A DNA stretch of 64,000 nucleotides from the human T2T-CHM13v2.0 reference genome, Homo sapiens (GCF_009914755.1 NC_060926.1), one strand, 5' to 3'. Counted from the stretch's first letter, positions 15,628-32,004 are shown. Notes: generated by a model not told the origin, from the sequence alone. Made by a program: numbers and translations.

Positions 15628-17239
15628 TGTGCATCCATGTGATATGTACTGCCCTCAGGAAGGTGACCCAGGGAAGAGGCCTCTGAGGCCCAGACCATGG
15701 GTTTAGGGCTGTTAGGGCATGGATTCATGAGGTCCTGGGTACTGAGAGCACAGTCTAGAGTACCTGAGGCACAGGTTCTGTGTGAGCATTTTCTTGTGAT
15801 CTCACAGACTCCTCACCAGTGAGGCTACTCTGCAGAGCAGAGGGTCCCAAAAGTCCAGATGTAAGGGGGTTTGAGAGTTTGCACTCTGTTAGCCCCGTAT
15901 TTCCTGTGAACTGCACAGCTGGGTCAGTGTAAGCTGGTATCTTACAGTTGTTAAACAGCTTCTTAAAGTGTTCATAAGGATTATCATGAAAGGAGATTTC
16001 TTGATCCTTCCTTGGTACCTTTCTAGAGTTTAATAAGTTCTCTTTCCTCTCTGTGTTGCACACAAGAGCAATGGTTCTTCCACAGTGCTGAAAACAAATA
16101 CTGAGAGGATTAAAACCTGATTAAGACCATCCCTGGTTCATAGCAAACATTTGCTTATAAGTCATCATATGGCTTATAAGATGATTGATCTATCTCAATA
16201 GGATTCATAAAGGGGCATTTAAATTACAGAAGAGCTGAATGACTCCAAAGAGTTAAATATTTTTATTTACTCAATAAGGTTTACACTAAATTTAGCATAC
16301 TTTTCAGCATATGAGTTGAGGGGTTGTGGTGAGGCAGGTAAAAGTCAGTTCATGCAGGTGAAATTGTTTTTATTAACTAAGTCAAGATGGGGCTTTATTT
16401 TATTTCTGTGCATATAATTTAGGGTTCCATGGGAAAGTGGCACATAGCTAGATACCTGGAAGGGGGAAATCAATGCAGACTCCAGCTTTGGTATATATAG
16501 AGATTCCAAGGGCAGGACTTCACCTTGTTCATAATCAGAGTCTGACATGTAGCAGGTGCCTAATGGGGAACTATAGAAGGAACTGAAGCAAAGGGATGTT
16601 GAGTGAAAAGTGAAGTTAGTGGAGCACAGTGTTTCAGTGGCACTCATTGATGAGGATGGTGATTGAATATTAACTTGCAGTCTGTTTTAAATACAGAGAA
16701 AACATTTTCTTGTTTCTTTGACTTTAGACTTTTCATGGATATGTTGGAGATTTGAATCACATAATCTCAAAGGTCCATCTACACCTAAAATGCTAAGCAT
16801 CTATTCCCAATTATTGTATCTAGAAAGTATTCTGTTTGCACCTTAGCTGGTAAATACTGGGTACCCTTTAACTTGGGTACCTGGCTAACTCTATTAGCTT
16901 ATTGGGAACATGGAATATATGTCATGTGGTCTCCACCCTTAGGAGTTAGAGAGTAAGAATAATACATAAAATGCAGCGAGAAAGCAATTTAGCATTCAAC
17001 TCTGGGCTGTAAGGGTCAAAGATGACTTCATGAGTGAGGAGCTTTGAAGAATGGAGAAAACTTGGGTAACTAGATAATGGGGAGAAATATCAATTCAGGT
17101 TGAAGGAAGAGTCTGATGAAAGATGGGAACCAGTTGATATGTTTAGGGACTGAGAATGTGGATATGTTTTTAGAATGGGAAGTAGAGAGAAAAATGTTTG
17201 CATAGACAGGCTAAAAACAGATTCCAAAGACTTTGATGG

Positions 17240-17382
17240 AGCTGGGCACAGTGGCTCACCCCTGTAATTCCAGCTACTTGGGAGGCTCAGGTGGGAGGAT
17301 CACTTGAGCCAGGAGGTCGAGGCTGCAGTGAGCTATGATGGCACCACTGCACTCCAGGCTGGGCAACAGAGTGACAGTCTGT
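17240..17382 (+). mobile_element. Alu monomer (FRAM/FAM-like)
   Basis: Single right-arm-like monomer; TSD AAAGACTTTGATG at 17226-17238 and 17734-17746. Confidence 0.85.
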
Positions 17383-17696
<314 letters not shown>

Positions 17697-18209
17697 GAGT
17701 CTGTGTCTTTCTCTCTCTCTTTTTTTTTTTTCAAAAGACTTTGATGTAAAGTAGAAAAAGACAGGCAATGGAGACACATTATCAGTGTCTGATCCTTGTC
17801 TTAGTGTCTCAGCATATTATAATATTGTATACAATGAGCCATCCTTCTGGAAATGCTGTCTGCTCTTGGCTTCCATAGACCCTACATTTTTGGATTTTCT
17901 TGAGCTTCACTGTCTTCTCAGTCCCCTTTGCAAGTTCATCCTCCTCCACTCAGCCTCTAAGAGTTAGAAGCACTCAGGGTTCAGTCCTTGGCCCTGTTCT
18001 CTATCTACTGTACTTGATTTAATCTCGATCCCTTTAAATGTCATCTGCATGGTGATAACTCTCAAACAACTATCTCTGGCCTCATCCTACCCCTGGAGCT
18101 CCTTAGACTCACATTTTCATCTGCCTACTTCACATCTTCACTAAGATATCCCCAGGAACCTCCCACTCACATGTTTATTATTCCCACTTACATAATGACC
18201 CCACTCTAG

Positions 18210-18650
18210 TTAGGCTGAGGCTGCCGGTTGCCCACCAACATCCTTTCTACGTTTCTTCCTTTAGTAAAAGGACTCCTCAATTTTAGTTTGGTGTATAGCT
18301 GCTCAACCAGAGGCTTCACTTCATGCCTCCATTTCAGTTAGGTGTGATCTTGTGGCTAGGCTCTGAACGATGAGATGTCAACAGAAGGGATGCAGGCCAC
18401 TTTCAGATTGTGGCCCTAAAATTGTCCTTTCCCTCCTGGCTGGGACACAGTTGTAAGGGCTGAAGCCTAACACAGCTAACTTAGATCTAAAGACAGAAAC
18501 CTTGCACTTATGATGCCAGAGCTGCCTTCCCAGCCCTGGACTCTCTACCTGTGGCTGATTATGTGAGAGAGAAATGTTTCCATCTTCTTTGAGCCACTAT
18601 GCTTTGGGACCGTTCTGAACAGGAGCTTAGGCTATGCCCCTAACTATCAT
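18210..18650 (+). mobile_element. Old ERVL/MaLR LTR (LTR33/MLT1-like)
   Basis: ..CAGTTAGGTGTGATCTTGTGGCTAGG..ATGAGATGT.. and ..ATGTGAGAGAGAAA..TTTGAGCCACT..; family uncertain. Confidence 0.55.
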
Positions 18651-19327
18651 ACCCAGTCTTCCCCACCTCATAAATTTCATCTCCATCCACCTAATTTCTC
18701 AAGCCAGAAAGCAGTGAATACCCACCCTATTCTTCTTCAGATCCAGTGTATCAGCATGTCCTACTAGTATTACCTAAAAAGTATAATTGAGATCCATCCA
18801 CAATCCAAATTTGTGTGCAGCTACTACATTACCTCCTAACTGGTCACCTCATTTTATTTTTGTCCCCATATGACCCTTCAACTAAGTGCAGCCAAAGACA
18901 ACTTTAAAACTTAAATGCATCATGTTGTGTTCCTGTTGGAAACCTCTCAATGCCTTCTCATTTCATTAAGACAAAGTCCCAAGTGTCCTGAACTTGATCC
19001 TCTATGATCTGGCCTTTGCTTTCTTCCCCAGCCTTACTGTGTGTCACTTTCCCCTTGCTCACCAGGCCTCAGCCACAATGGCCTTCTTTCCATTTTAGTT
19101 CCTCAAACGGGCCAGGCCCTTTCCCACCCCAGGCCTCTGCTCACGTGCTGTTTCTGCGTCTCCATGTCTATTCCCTCATGCTTTGTCAGTTCAGCTCCTA
19201 TTTCTCTTTCAGGCATCAGCCTAACTCCCTCTTCCTCAGGTCTCCAATTGTGTTTCATAACAACCTATTCTTTTCATTTATAATACACCGCAATTTATAA
19301 TTCAATGTTAAATGGAGGCTCTGTTTA

Positions 19328-19675
<348 letters not shown>

Positions 19676-19904
19676 TGTGTTCGTTTAATACCTGTCTTCC
19701 CTCCTAGACTGGAAGCTGTTAGGAAAGTGGGGCCATGTTGCTGTTGTTCACCTTCATACACCCAGCTTCAATAGGGTGCCTACCACATAGTAGTTGCTCA
19801 ATAAAACTAGTACTTCCTGAAATGAAATAAGTCGTAGAAGAACAAGATGAGAGCAGAGGTTAAGAAAAATAAATCTGGGAGAAATGTGTAGAATGGATTT
19901 TAGT

Positions 19905-20356
19905 TGGATGGATAAATTTCCTACGACTGCCATAGAAAATTCCCATAAACTAGAGACCTTAAAACAACAGAAATTTATTCTCCCACAGTTCTGGGAGTCA
20001 CAAGTCTGAAATAGAAGTGTCAGCAGGGCCGTGCTCCCTCTGAGGTCTCTAGGGGGATTCTTCCTTACCTCTTTTAGCTCCTGGTGCTTGTTGGCAATCC
20101 CTGGGGTTCCATGGCCGTGGCAGCATGACTCCCATCTCTGCCTGCTGTCACATGGTGTTCCCCTATGTGTCCCTTCTTTCTCTGGGTCTCCTCTTCTTAA
20201 AAGGATACCTGTCATATTGGATTTATGACCTGCATTACTCAGGTATGACCTCATCTTAACTAATTACATTTTCAAAGACCCTATTTCTAAATAAGTTCAG
20301 GCTAAGGTTCTGGGTGGACACGGGTTTTTGGGGAGACACTATTCCACGTAGAGTAC
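19905..20356 (-). mobile_element. MaLR LTR (MLT1B/C-like)
   Basis: ..TTAAAACAACAGAAATTTATTCTCCCACAGTTCTGG..GTGTCAGCAGGGCCGTGCTCCCTCTGA.. Confidence 0.85.
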
Positions 20357-21509
20357 TTGGGGTATAAGGAAACCAATTTGCAATCTTGCAGGCTGGAGGT
20401 GAAAAAGACCTGAACTGTGTTGTAGTGAGAATTTAGAGGAAAGGATGAAACCAAGTGACATTTAAGAAATTAAAGACCATAGAATGTTAGGGCTGGAAGA
20501 GATCCTAGAGGCTTCCATGTCTAGTGATTCTCAGGTTAGGCTTCTTATGTCCTTCAGATGGGGTGCCTCAGAGGTGGCCAGGAAGTAGAGGGCACAGGAG
20601 AGATTTTCCGGGTCTGCTACTCCTTGTTTAATTAGAACAATTATTATTTTATATTTTCCATGTTAGGTATCCACATAAGATACTGTTTGAAGATCAGTTG
20701 TGCTACATATCTCTTATTTCACCATTTAGGAAATTGTAGCCAATTAAAGAGTAAGACAGTGGTTCAGAAAAAATTGCCTAGTATGGACTACTGGTTTTAA
20801 GAATTTGGGGAGAAGGTGGCCAGAGTAGTATAGGAAACTTTCATAAAAGGGACAAGGTTTAAACCCAGTGGCTGCACTTGTGAAATACAGTGAGTAAACA
20901 AGGTTCAATTGTCTTTGTTCCTGTAAGCTACAGTTCTTCTGGATGGAGATGTGGGTGTGGCCCGGTCCCTATAGCAGGGGTGCAGGATGAGGTGGAAGGT
21001 GACGGGGACCTGCCAGCAAGTTCTTCCTGCCAGGGTCACTCAGCAACACGCTGAACACAGGGATGAAGGAGAAGGAAGTGCCTCAGGTGACATCCAGATC
21101 CCACAAGTAAAATATGAGGAGACAAGATGGTGTGGTGGGTGGGAGAAAGTGGTTTGGACCCAGATTTGGTTTATGGGGACCCCTTTTGTTTTGGACATTG
21201 GGTTTGAGGTGACATTGGAACAGTAAAACTTTGGTAAGTAAACTTGGATGAATTAAGTCATTTTATGTGTCTGTTTTGTAACCTCCATGACCTTTTAATT
21301 TCAATGACAGGGTAGTATCTCCCAGGCCATGGTGTCCTCCCCAGAGTGCCCATTTTGGAACATGCATTGTGGAAGTTAAGGAAACATCAGTCTGTGATGG
21401 GGACTGTCATCTCCACCTGAATCACACACTGTCTTACTCGGTGGCCTTTCCAGATCCACTCAGGGCCCTTCTAATTTTTGGTTTATACTACAGTCAAAGT
21501 TATCATTTC

Positions 21510-22040
21510 AAAACACCAAAACACAAACAGATTGTGTTAGCCACCCCTGCTTAAAACACTTCCCATTGCTCTTAGAGCAAGGATCAAAGTCCTTGAGGTA
21601 CATTAGCAGATTCAGGCTAGAGGTGACTGTGTCTTGATTCTCTGGCCTTCCCTGGCACCACTTCTCCTCTGATCTTAGAGATCTGGCCACAGAGTCTCAG
21701 TTTCGCTGACTTCTTCCTGCCCCAGGGCCTTTGCACATGTCCTTCATGCTGTCATTTCCTGCACCCCTTACCCTCTCCAAACACGCACTCATTCCTCAGA
21801 TGCCAGCACAGTTAACATTTCCTTGACCCCTGGCCCACCCCAGTCTAAATCAGTTCAGATCAGTTTCTCTTTTCTTTCAGAGCCCTATGCTCAGTTTATA
21901 AATGTGTGTTTATTCCCCAGGTTATTTAACATTTATTTCTCCTCTTCTAAGTTTCATATGAGCAGGGGCTATGTATGTTTTGCTGTGTTAAGCACCTAGC
22001 ATAGCACTTGAAATGTAGTAACGGAATGAATGAATGAGTA
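21510..22040 (+). mobile_element. L2 3' fragment
   Basis: ..CCCAGGGCCTTTGCACATG.. and terminal GAATGAATGAATGA. Confidence 0.75.
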
Positions 22041-22379
22041 AAAGCTCAAACTCCCAATATTTGACTTCTTTAGTTTCCAAACCCTAAAGTTGCATTGAAA
22101 AGCACAATTTTATTTTTTGGGCAAACACTACTTTTGCCTATAGAGACATATCACACTTTAACAAAAATGTACACTATAAATTTTATTTCTGCTATATAAA
22201 TATTTGGCAAGTTAAAGTTATATCAGGTGTTAAAAATACATTTCTTTAGAGACCTTGATTTTGGCTGTTAAAGCACTTGCTGGGAGATGTTCCTATGTTT
22301 TAAGTGTAAAGGAATAGATTGTACTGACTTGGAAAAAAATCTCTAGAAAACCAGGTCCTTATATCACCTTTTGGAGGCT

Positions 22380-22810
22380 GTGACCATTGAGGAGGTGCTG
22401 CTCAGATCTCCCATTAAGAAAGAACTTTCCATGGGCCCAATTAGTCAACAATCTCTAGCTGGGAGCACCTCTTTCTGGCAGAGGCATCTGTACTTGCTCT
22501 TCCCAAGCAGCCCCCAGCCAATGATGGAACATGGTTGAAATCCCAGGGCCATTTCTGCCCAACACAGGACTTCTCTAACAGGTACCCTTTCCTTGGGAGC
22601 TCTCAGTTGGGTTGGCCAAGACTTTGTTGGATCTTCAATGTGGTCTGAGGCTTTCTCTTCCCAATCCTGCTTTCTCCCCAAGATCACAGTCTGAAGCCTT
22701 TCTCTTCCTAGTCTGCTTTCTTTCCCTTTCCATCTTCATACCCGATACCCTCTCATAAACCTCTTGTACTCCTAACTCTGTCTCAGCATCTGCTTCCCAA
22801 AAGATACAAT
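22380..22810 (+). mobile_element. LTR16-like ERVL solo LTR with an internal ~45-bp tandem duplication (22640-22730)
   Basis: ..CAGCCAATGA..CAGGGCCATTTCTGCCCAACACAGGAC.. and ..TCTCAGCATCTGCTTCC end. Confidence 0.7.
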
Positions 22811-23203
22811 GGATGCAGAGGGCTTCCAGCAATATACTCATGTGACATTAAAATGTTAGAAATTTAATTATTTTGTTTTATTGTCAATTTTCCTTTCCCA
22901 GTTCATTCCCTATGAAGATTTAGTTTATAGGCCAATTTATAAGGCCTATTTCTGAAATAAAGAATAATTCTAGAAAAAGAGTAATTCCTTTGTGACTAGC
23001 CTATAAGCTCATGGGGCCTGACACTGTGTTTGTTACTGTCCTATCCCAACACTTGACACATAGTTGATGCTCAATAAATATTTGTTGAATGAATGAATGA
23101 ATGTATATCTTAACAACAAGGTTTGTTTGTTTTTTTTTTCCTGCTTATATTGAACAGAAGAGGCAAGAACAAGACATACTACAACAGCATTTTAGATGGA
23201 GGC

Positions 23204-23922
<719 letters not shown>

Positions 23923-23955
23923 GAACTGCCAGTAAACAACTCTTTTGTGTAAAGA

Positions 23956-24080
23956 TTTTTTTCTGAGATGCGGTCTTGCTGTGTTGCCCAGGCTGGTCTC
24001 AAACTCCTGGGCTCAAGCAGTCCTCTTGCCTCAGCCTCTTGAGTAGCTGGGACTACAGGCATGCACCACTGTGCCCAGCT
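23956..24080 (-). mobile_element. FLAM (free left Alu monomer)
   Basis: Single ~125-bp left monomer. Confidence 0.85.
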
Positions 24081-24456
24081 TAAAGTGTTTTAACTTGTGT
24101 TGGATGCTAATGGAAATAGAAATAAAATACAATAAAACAAAAAATAAAAATTACATGAAATAAAGCAAATAATTAATATCCTTCCTTTAATGTTTAATTT
24201 ATAGCCAAAGAGTTATATAAGTGTATCTATAAGTATAATGAAGTATAAGACCAAAATCTCTTGATAATTCCAGGTAGACTTGTGATGCTTGACCAGGTAA
24301 GTCATACATTGTAACAAAGACACAAATTTCAACTCATAAAAGACCATACACTTGAAACTATGAATAGAAAGGTCTTTACCATGTGGATTTAAAATCTCAA
24401 TCAAAATAGGTAATACCTTTATCATTAAAACATATACTTTTTAGAAGAATTTATAG

Positions 24457-24836
<380 letters not shown>

Positions 24837-25571
24837 TAATTTCATTTTAACTATAGGCAAAATGTTAGCTTTTCCTTTCTAGTCCCTGTTTTCGATCTGA
24901 TTCCTGAGCCTATCTCAAGTAATAAAAGTAACAGACTTGCAGAATCCTCTCCACAAAGTGAGCATTGGTCTTTTTCGCTGGCTTTTCCCACCTTGGAACC
25001 TTGCATATGTGACATGCTGCAAACCACCATTGTTGTGTGCGGCTATATTCTGAGGACTTATTCGAATGAAGGAAGTTCTTCCCCAACATGACATTTCCTT
25101 TCTAATACAATACAAAAATGGAATATTTAGGGTTGACCACTTACACATTGTTCCCATTTCAGGCCCCCACACTATTGCCGTCATGTGTGAATGCCTAACC
25201 CTTTCAGAGATTTCCGTTAGGGCTTTCTAGTATATTTACTTTCCTGTGGATTTTGAAAGACTTGACCTCTCTGGGAGAAGTGCTTTGAGAAACCCCAGAT
25301 CTGTATTGCTTCTACTAAAGCCTTAACGGGCTGGTCTTGTGAAGATGGTGCCATGAGTATGTATTGATTTGAAATATGCTCACTTGCCATAAGTTCAGTC
25401 TGGCCTGTGGCTGCTCACACACAGCCCTGAATTGCATTCTCCTATACTTTGGGAATTCTCTAGAATGCTTCCTTGAGATCATGACCTTCAGTTCAGAAAT
25501 GCTAGACTGCATCAAAGGCACTACTGGGAATATAATATAGTTAGGATTTCTGCTACTAGTAAACCCTACTA

Positions 25572-25910
25572 TAGTCATGTATTGTTCAGTGACCAGGACG
25601 TGTTCTGGAAAATGTGTGGTGAGGCGATTTCGTCATTGTGCAAACATCACAGAGTGTGCTTACACAAAGCCAGATGGTGCAGCCTACTACACACCTAGGC
25701 TGTACAGCCTATTGCTCCTGGGGTATAAAGCTTACAGTGTGGTACTGTACTGAATACCATAGGCAACTGTAGCACAAGGGTATTTTTGTATCTTAACCCA
25801 TATAAACATAGAAAAGGTACAGTAAATGCATGGTATTATAATTTTATGGGACCACTATCATATATGCGGCCTGTCTTTGATCAAAACATTGTTATGCAGT
25901 ACATGGACTC
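25572..25910 (-). mobile_element. Tigger3a-like TcMar MITE
   Basis: Matches recalled consensus (..GCGATTTCGTCATTGTGCAAACATCA..CCTACTACACACCTAGGCT..ATGGGACCAC..); AGTCATG/CATG.ACT termini flanked by TA. Confidence 0.88.
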
Positions 25911-26153
25911 TACTATATTCTAAGTACCTTGAGGGTGATATGTATGTCTGATTTTTTCTTTAGATATCCTACAAATGCCTATTTCAGTTCAACTCAACAT
26001 TTATCTAGTGCCTAGTTGGGTCCTGAGTTGATTAAAAGAGGAAAAGGAAGAGACGAGGGTTCTTTCTTGGAGTACTTATAGCCTAGGAAGGAGCATGGGG
26101 ATTGTAGACTTCTTTCCTCCCTTCCCTACACCTTTTAAAACAACTCAATCAGT

Positions 26154-26577
<424 letters not shown>

Positions 26578-26779
26578 CTACTGCTGACAACATTTTATCT
26601 TTTTAAAAAAATACGCAGACTATTGAACCTCTTTCATTTTACACATCGTAAACATTTTCTAACAAACTTTCCTCCCTTCTGTATACCTTTTAAAACAAGC
26701 CAATCGGCCGTGCATGGTGGCTTGTTTTCAAAGGTGTAGGAAAGGGAGGAATGTTTAAAAACATTTTCTTTTTAAACAT

Positions 26780-27260
26780 TGATTAAGAAGCTGGATAATA
26801 TTTCATTCTGTAGATTCACCATAGTTTGTTTCATTCTCATTTTGCTGTCAGATGTTTAGGCAAATGCCAGTTTTTTTTTTTTTTGTTATTACAAATGTAA
26901 TACTCAACTTTGTACACAGAGTATTTTTAAGATTTAGGATCAGTTTCCTGAAATTAGGTGTCTAGAAATGGTCTCTCTGTATCAAAGGGGATGAGCGTAG
27001 CGGCTCTGGAGACGTTTGCCCTTGGCTTTGGAAAGGTCTGGCCAGCTTATGTCTGACCAGCAGGGCTCAGAGGTGCTTGGCTCTCTCTACTCTGGCCCTT
27101 GGGACGTTATTATTTTAAAAATGTGTGCTAATTTGATAAGTAAGAAACAGTGTGTTGTTATTTTGATTTTCATTTATTTGGTTGCTAGTGAGGATGAACA
27201 TTTCCTCATATTTTTGTTTATCAGTTTTATTTCCTCTTTTGCGAAGGGGTACTTTGAGTC
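26780..27260 (-). mobile_element. Old L1M fragment
   Basis: ..GCTAATTTGATAAG..TTTTGATTTTCATTT..GCTAGTGAGGATGAACATTTCCTCATA.. Confidence 0.7.
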
Positions 27261-28332
27261 CTTTCTGATTTTATTTACTATTTCCACACATCTTTCTTCT
27301 TTTCCACTCCATACGCATGGGGTTTCCATCTGGCTAGGGATTTTTTTCCAGGGCCACCTTAGCCTGGACGCCTTGTCCTCCTTTACTCTGGACCATGGGA
27401 ACTGAGCAGCCGCTTTTGTGCTGTCATCCAGATATAGCAGAAAACTCACATTTACACAGAAAGCACTTGGCAGTTTCCTCAGCGTCTTCTCACATTCTTT
27501 TCATCTGAAACAGAAGCTGGGCCTCTCACCTTGGGAAGAGTGTTCTATAAAGTAATGAATTTGCTTGGAGATGTTTCTAGTAAGAGACAGAACAGAGCAG
27601 CCCCTTGGAGATTAGTTTTGATATTCCCACGAGGCACCTGAAGGCTAAAAGGAAATAGAATTATCCTCCTTCCCCCAAGAGCTGGGGTCAGGTCCAAAAA
27701 CGCTTTCTGCACCATTGATTTTTCTTAGGCTTTTGTGGCTCAGCTTGTGGCCATGAAACACTATTCATTGCCATGGATTATGGCTTTTTCTTTTGTCCTA
27801 TTTACGGACTGTCTGTGTAGTCACTGCCAAAAGTTGTGATTGGTGATTATCACTTTGGAGGAGCAAAGCTGATGTTGCTCACACCAGACAAAGGTTAGTC
27901 AGCGCACCTCAACAACTTTCATTAGTGAGACATCACTGCTGTAGCTTCAGGGAGTTATAAGAGAAGGAGATGCCACCTTTATCAGCACTCTGGGAGATGA
28001 AAGTGACACAGCTGCACAAAGGTGGATTAAAAAAAAGCAACTCTCTTACCCCAGATTGTTCTTTCTAAAATAAAAGACCCAGTAAAGAAGCAAGATTTTG
28101 CCAAGCAATATGGCAAACCAGTACCCAGACCCACATTGAGGGTTACCTGTGAAAGCATTTTGTCAATAGTAAAGGTGCCTTATAAGTGGTAGGTATCACA
28201 TTTATGTGAATAAAGTCACTAGTTCTCTGGGGCTTTCAGTGCCTGAAGCTTAAAGAGTAAACTTTCTTATATTTCGAGTTTCACTTGTTCATTTTTATAA
28301 AATTTCTACTATCGCTTAAGCATATTCTAGAC

Positions 28333-28666
28333 CAGGGGTTGGTAAACCACAGCCTGCAGGTCAGATCTGGCCTGCCACCTGTTTTTGTTTTTAATAGCAG
28401 AGAAGCAAAGAATGGTTTTTACATGTTTTAGTGATTGAAAAAAAATCAAAAGGAGAATATCTCATGACACATGAAAATTTCATGAAATTTAAATTTCAAT
28501 GTCCACAGATACAATTTTATTGGGACACAACAGCCACACTCACTTTTTTATGCATTTTCTTGTTACCATGGCAGAGTTGAGTGGTTGTGCTGGAAACTAC
28601 ATGGCCCTCTAGGTAGCCTAAAGTATTTGCTACCTGGCCCTTTACAGAAAAAGCTTGGGACCAATG
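28333..28666 (+). mobile_element. MER58B-like hAT-Charlie element
   Basis: CAGGGGTTGGTAAAC start, ..GGCCCTTTACAGAAAAAG.. end; perfect 8-bp TSD TTCTAGAC (28325-28332, 28667-28674). Confidence 0.92.
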
Positions 28667-29673
28667 TTCTAGACACTGGAAATACAGCTATGAACAAAAC
28701 AGACCTACATAGTCTTTACATTCACAGAGCTTACATTCAGGTATAGCTTACTTTAAAAATGGCCCAGGGGGACTGGCACCCTTGATTTTGGCTTTGGAAA
28801 CCTCAAGTCCTAAACAACTGAGCTAACCTTATATAATTTTAGCCAACATTGGCACAGCCTTATGGAATCTGATTGTTTTTTAATCAAATGAAGTATCTAT
28901 TAATTAACTATGTTAGACTGCAAAGGTCTTGGTGCTTAAGACATTGAATTTGTTGAGAAAACAATGTTTACAAATTTAAAAAGAAGATAATGCCATTTAC
29001 AATAGCTTCTTTTAACTTTTCAAAAGCCTTTTATGTGTGGGATCTTCCCATGTCTCAGACTTCATGTGCTAAGAATTTAGGATGGAAAAGCTCACTTGGA
29101 CTGATAGAAACAGAGTAGGCTTGCCAAAGGAAGTGGGATGTGGTCCAAGATGATGGTCTTGATTTCCTTCTTCAATCCCAGGAGCCTAACAAGTTGTCTT
29201 CTGTGAACAGAAGGCCAAAAAACTACCACCAGGGCTTTTTCCCATATCCTACGGCTTGGCAGGACTTTTGCTCTTATCTTCATGACGTGAACAGCTTCCT
29301 TTGGGCTGGTAAAGCAGGAAGGACGATCAGGATTGGGGGCCTGACACCCAGCTCGTGAGGTGGGCTGGGATATGATACCCCTTAAATGGGGAATGAGTGG
29401 GAGCAAGACTGAGGGAAAATTGGGTGGGTGGGTGGAATCTTGGATTTCTTAAAATGTTGGACATTGGAAAGTCTGCGAGGTCTTTAGCTAATTTTCCAGC
29501 ATGTCTAGAACATCAAAGGACTACATCTTCCACTCTACCGTGAGCAGCTTTCATACTTGCCTGGTCCAGAGTGGTGTTCAGTAAATGATTCAGTAAGTGA
29601 ATGACTGTGAAAGAATGAAGGAACGAAGGAAGGAAGTCAAGTCATACACAGGAACATTAATCAGAATACTTAG

Positions 29674-29990
<317 letters not shown>

Positions 29991-30299
29991 CTTAGAGAAT
30001 TTTGTGTGCTCCCAGGAATAGGAATTTATGGGTGTTGATTCATTTGCTTATTCCACAAAATATGAAGCTCCTACTATACGCCAGGCACAGTGTATCAAGT
30101 TAACTTGAAACCCATTTTATTTCAACCACAAATAGTGCAAATCTTTCTAGAATGTCAGTGTCTGCTTTGTCACTTACAAAAGGACAATCAGGTGAGTGTC
30201 CGGTCTTCAACCCTGAAGAGTACTGAAGAGCATGAAGGATGTTTTTGACTTCATAGTTATTTTCCTGAATATTGGCTAACATTAAGGCAAATAATAAAG

Positions 30300-30540
30300 T
30301 TCCTGTAGTGCTTAGGAAGGCACACTCTGGTGTCAGATGACCTGGGTTCAAACCCAGGCTTTATCACTTATAAAACATGTGACATTGGGCCAATTTTAAG
30401 CTTTGTTCTATGCTTCAGTTTCCCCATCTGTAAAATAGGCAAATAATAATACTTACTGTGTAGGGCTGTTACGAAGATTAAATAGTCAAAGCCCCTTGGT
30501 GTGTAGTAAACCCTCAAGGTCAATGTTAACTGTTATTGCT
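30300..30540 (+). mobile_element. MIR
   Basis: CCTGGGTTCAAACCCAGG..CTTCAGTTTCCCCATCTGTAAAATAGG core. Confidence 0.8.
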
Positions 30541-31558
30541 ATCACATAGGACTTGACCTAGAAATAGAAAAGATAGGGAAGTTTGGACTGAATATGTTGA
30601 GAATGTGAGGACATCTCCTAGAAATTGGTTGTCCTGTTTTCACATTTATAGTGTGTGTAGTAGAAAGAACATTAACCCCTTTATTTGTAGTTAAACTTTG
30701 CCTGTGCCCTCGCCTGAAAATGGAGCTAGCAATATTGCTGGGACTCTTGCATCTTACATATGAGAGTGCCTGGAATTTCAATATACATTACTTTTCTTCA
30801 GACAGAGTCAAATACGAGGAAGTAATTCCCTTTAATTAAGAGTGTTGATGAGTTGGGTTCTGGTTAATTGAACTGTAATATGTAAATCAACTTAATAGTG
30901 GACTGGCTCTGCCAGATAAACACACAGCACCTGGTGTAGTTTGGTTGAGCACCTTTATTTGTTTGATTTTGAAAAACTCTGTCCCTTCTGTGACTTCTTC
31001 ACATTGGGGATCCCTCAACTCAGCCTGCAGCCAGCTGGAATTTTCAGTTGAAAGAAGGATTTTCAGAAGGTTTTAGAAGATTTTAATTGTTGGACTTGAT
31101 AAAATTGATTTAAATTAATCCAAGCCAGTTTCAGACAGTGGAACAATAGGCTGGTACCTCATCACTCATTTTTTAAATAAAAGGAGAAAAATGGGAAGTG
31201 TTCCAAATTGAGTCACAGGCAGTGGTGAGGATTAAATGAGTAAACATCGTTGGCTTTAGAGAGACAGATATTTGATGATAATTAGAATCCCCAGCATTTT
31301 ACCATTTATTTTTCTTTGTAGGATGGCTTCCTAGCACAGCCTGTGGCAGCTCATCAGGGAACAAAGAAGAAATGACAGTGTCCCTGCCCTTGAGAAGCTG
31401 ATACTCCAGTGAGAGAAGAAAACAGGCAAAGAGAAAGATGTCACGATGACAAAGTAACATTGAAATGAATGTAGAAGATAATTGTGGGGGTTCGGTAAGG
31501 TGGGAATGAGTAGAGTGCATTGAAGTGAGACTCACCCTGGAACCCTGTCCAGTGATAC

Positions 31559-31917
31559 TGTCTTAGTCGGTTCTGGCTACTATAATGAAATACCATAGAC
31601 TGGCTGGCATGTAAATAACATAAACTTATGTCTCACAGTTCTGAAGGCTTGGAAGTCCAAGATCAAGACACCAGCAAATTTTGTGTCTGGTGAAGGCCCA
31701 CTTTCTGGTTCATAGATGGCACCTTCTAGCTGTTTCCTTATACGACAGAAGGGGCTAGCTAGATTTCTGGGATCTCTTTTATAAAGGCATTACAAATTGT
31801 GAGGGCTGCATGCTTATGACCTAATCATCTCCCGAAGACCCTATCTCTTAATACCATCACCTTGAGGGTTAGGATTTCAACATGAGAATTTTGAGAGGAC
31901 ACATTCAGACCATAGCA
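31559..31917 (-). mobile_element. MaLR LTR (MLT1A0-like)
   Basis: TGTCTTAGTC..CATTCAGACCATAGCA; near 5-bp TSD GATAC/AATAC. Confidence 0.9.
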
Positions 31918-32004
31918 AATACCAAGCTTTTTATGGATTCATACTATTTCAGAGAATTATACTGGTTGGCTATATCCTTATTTCGATTATTACTATCACC
32001 TTAA

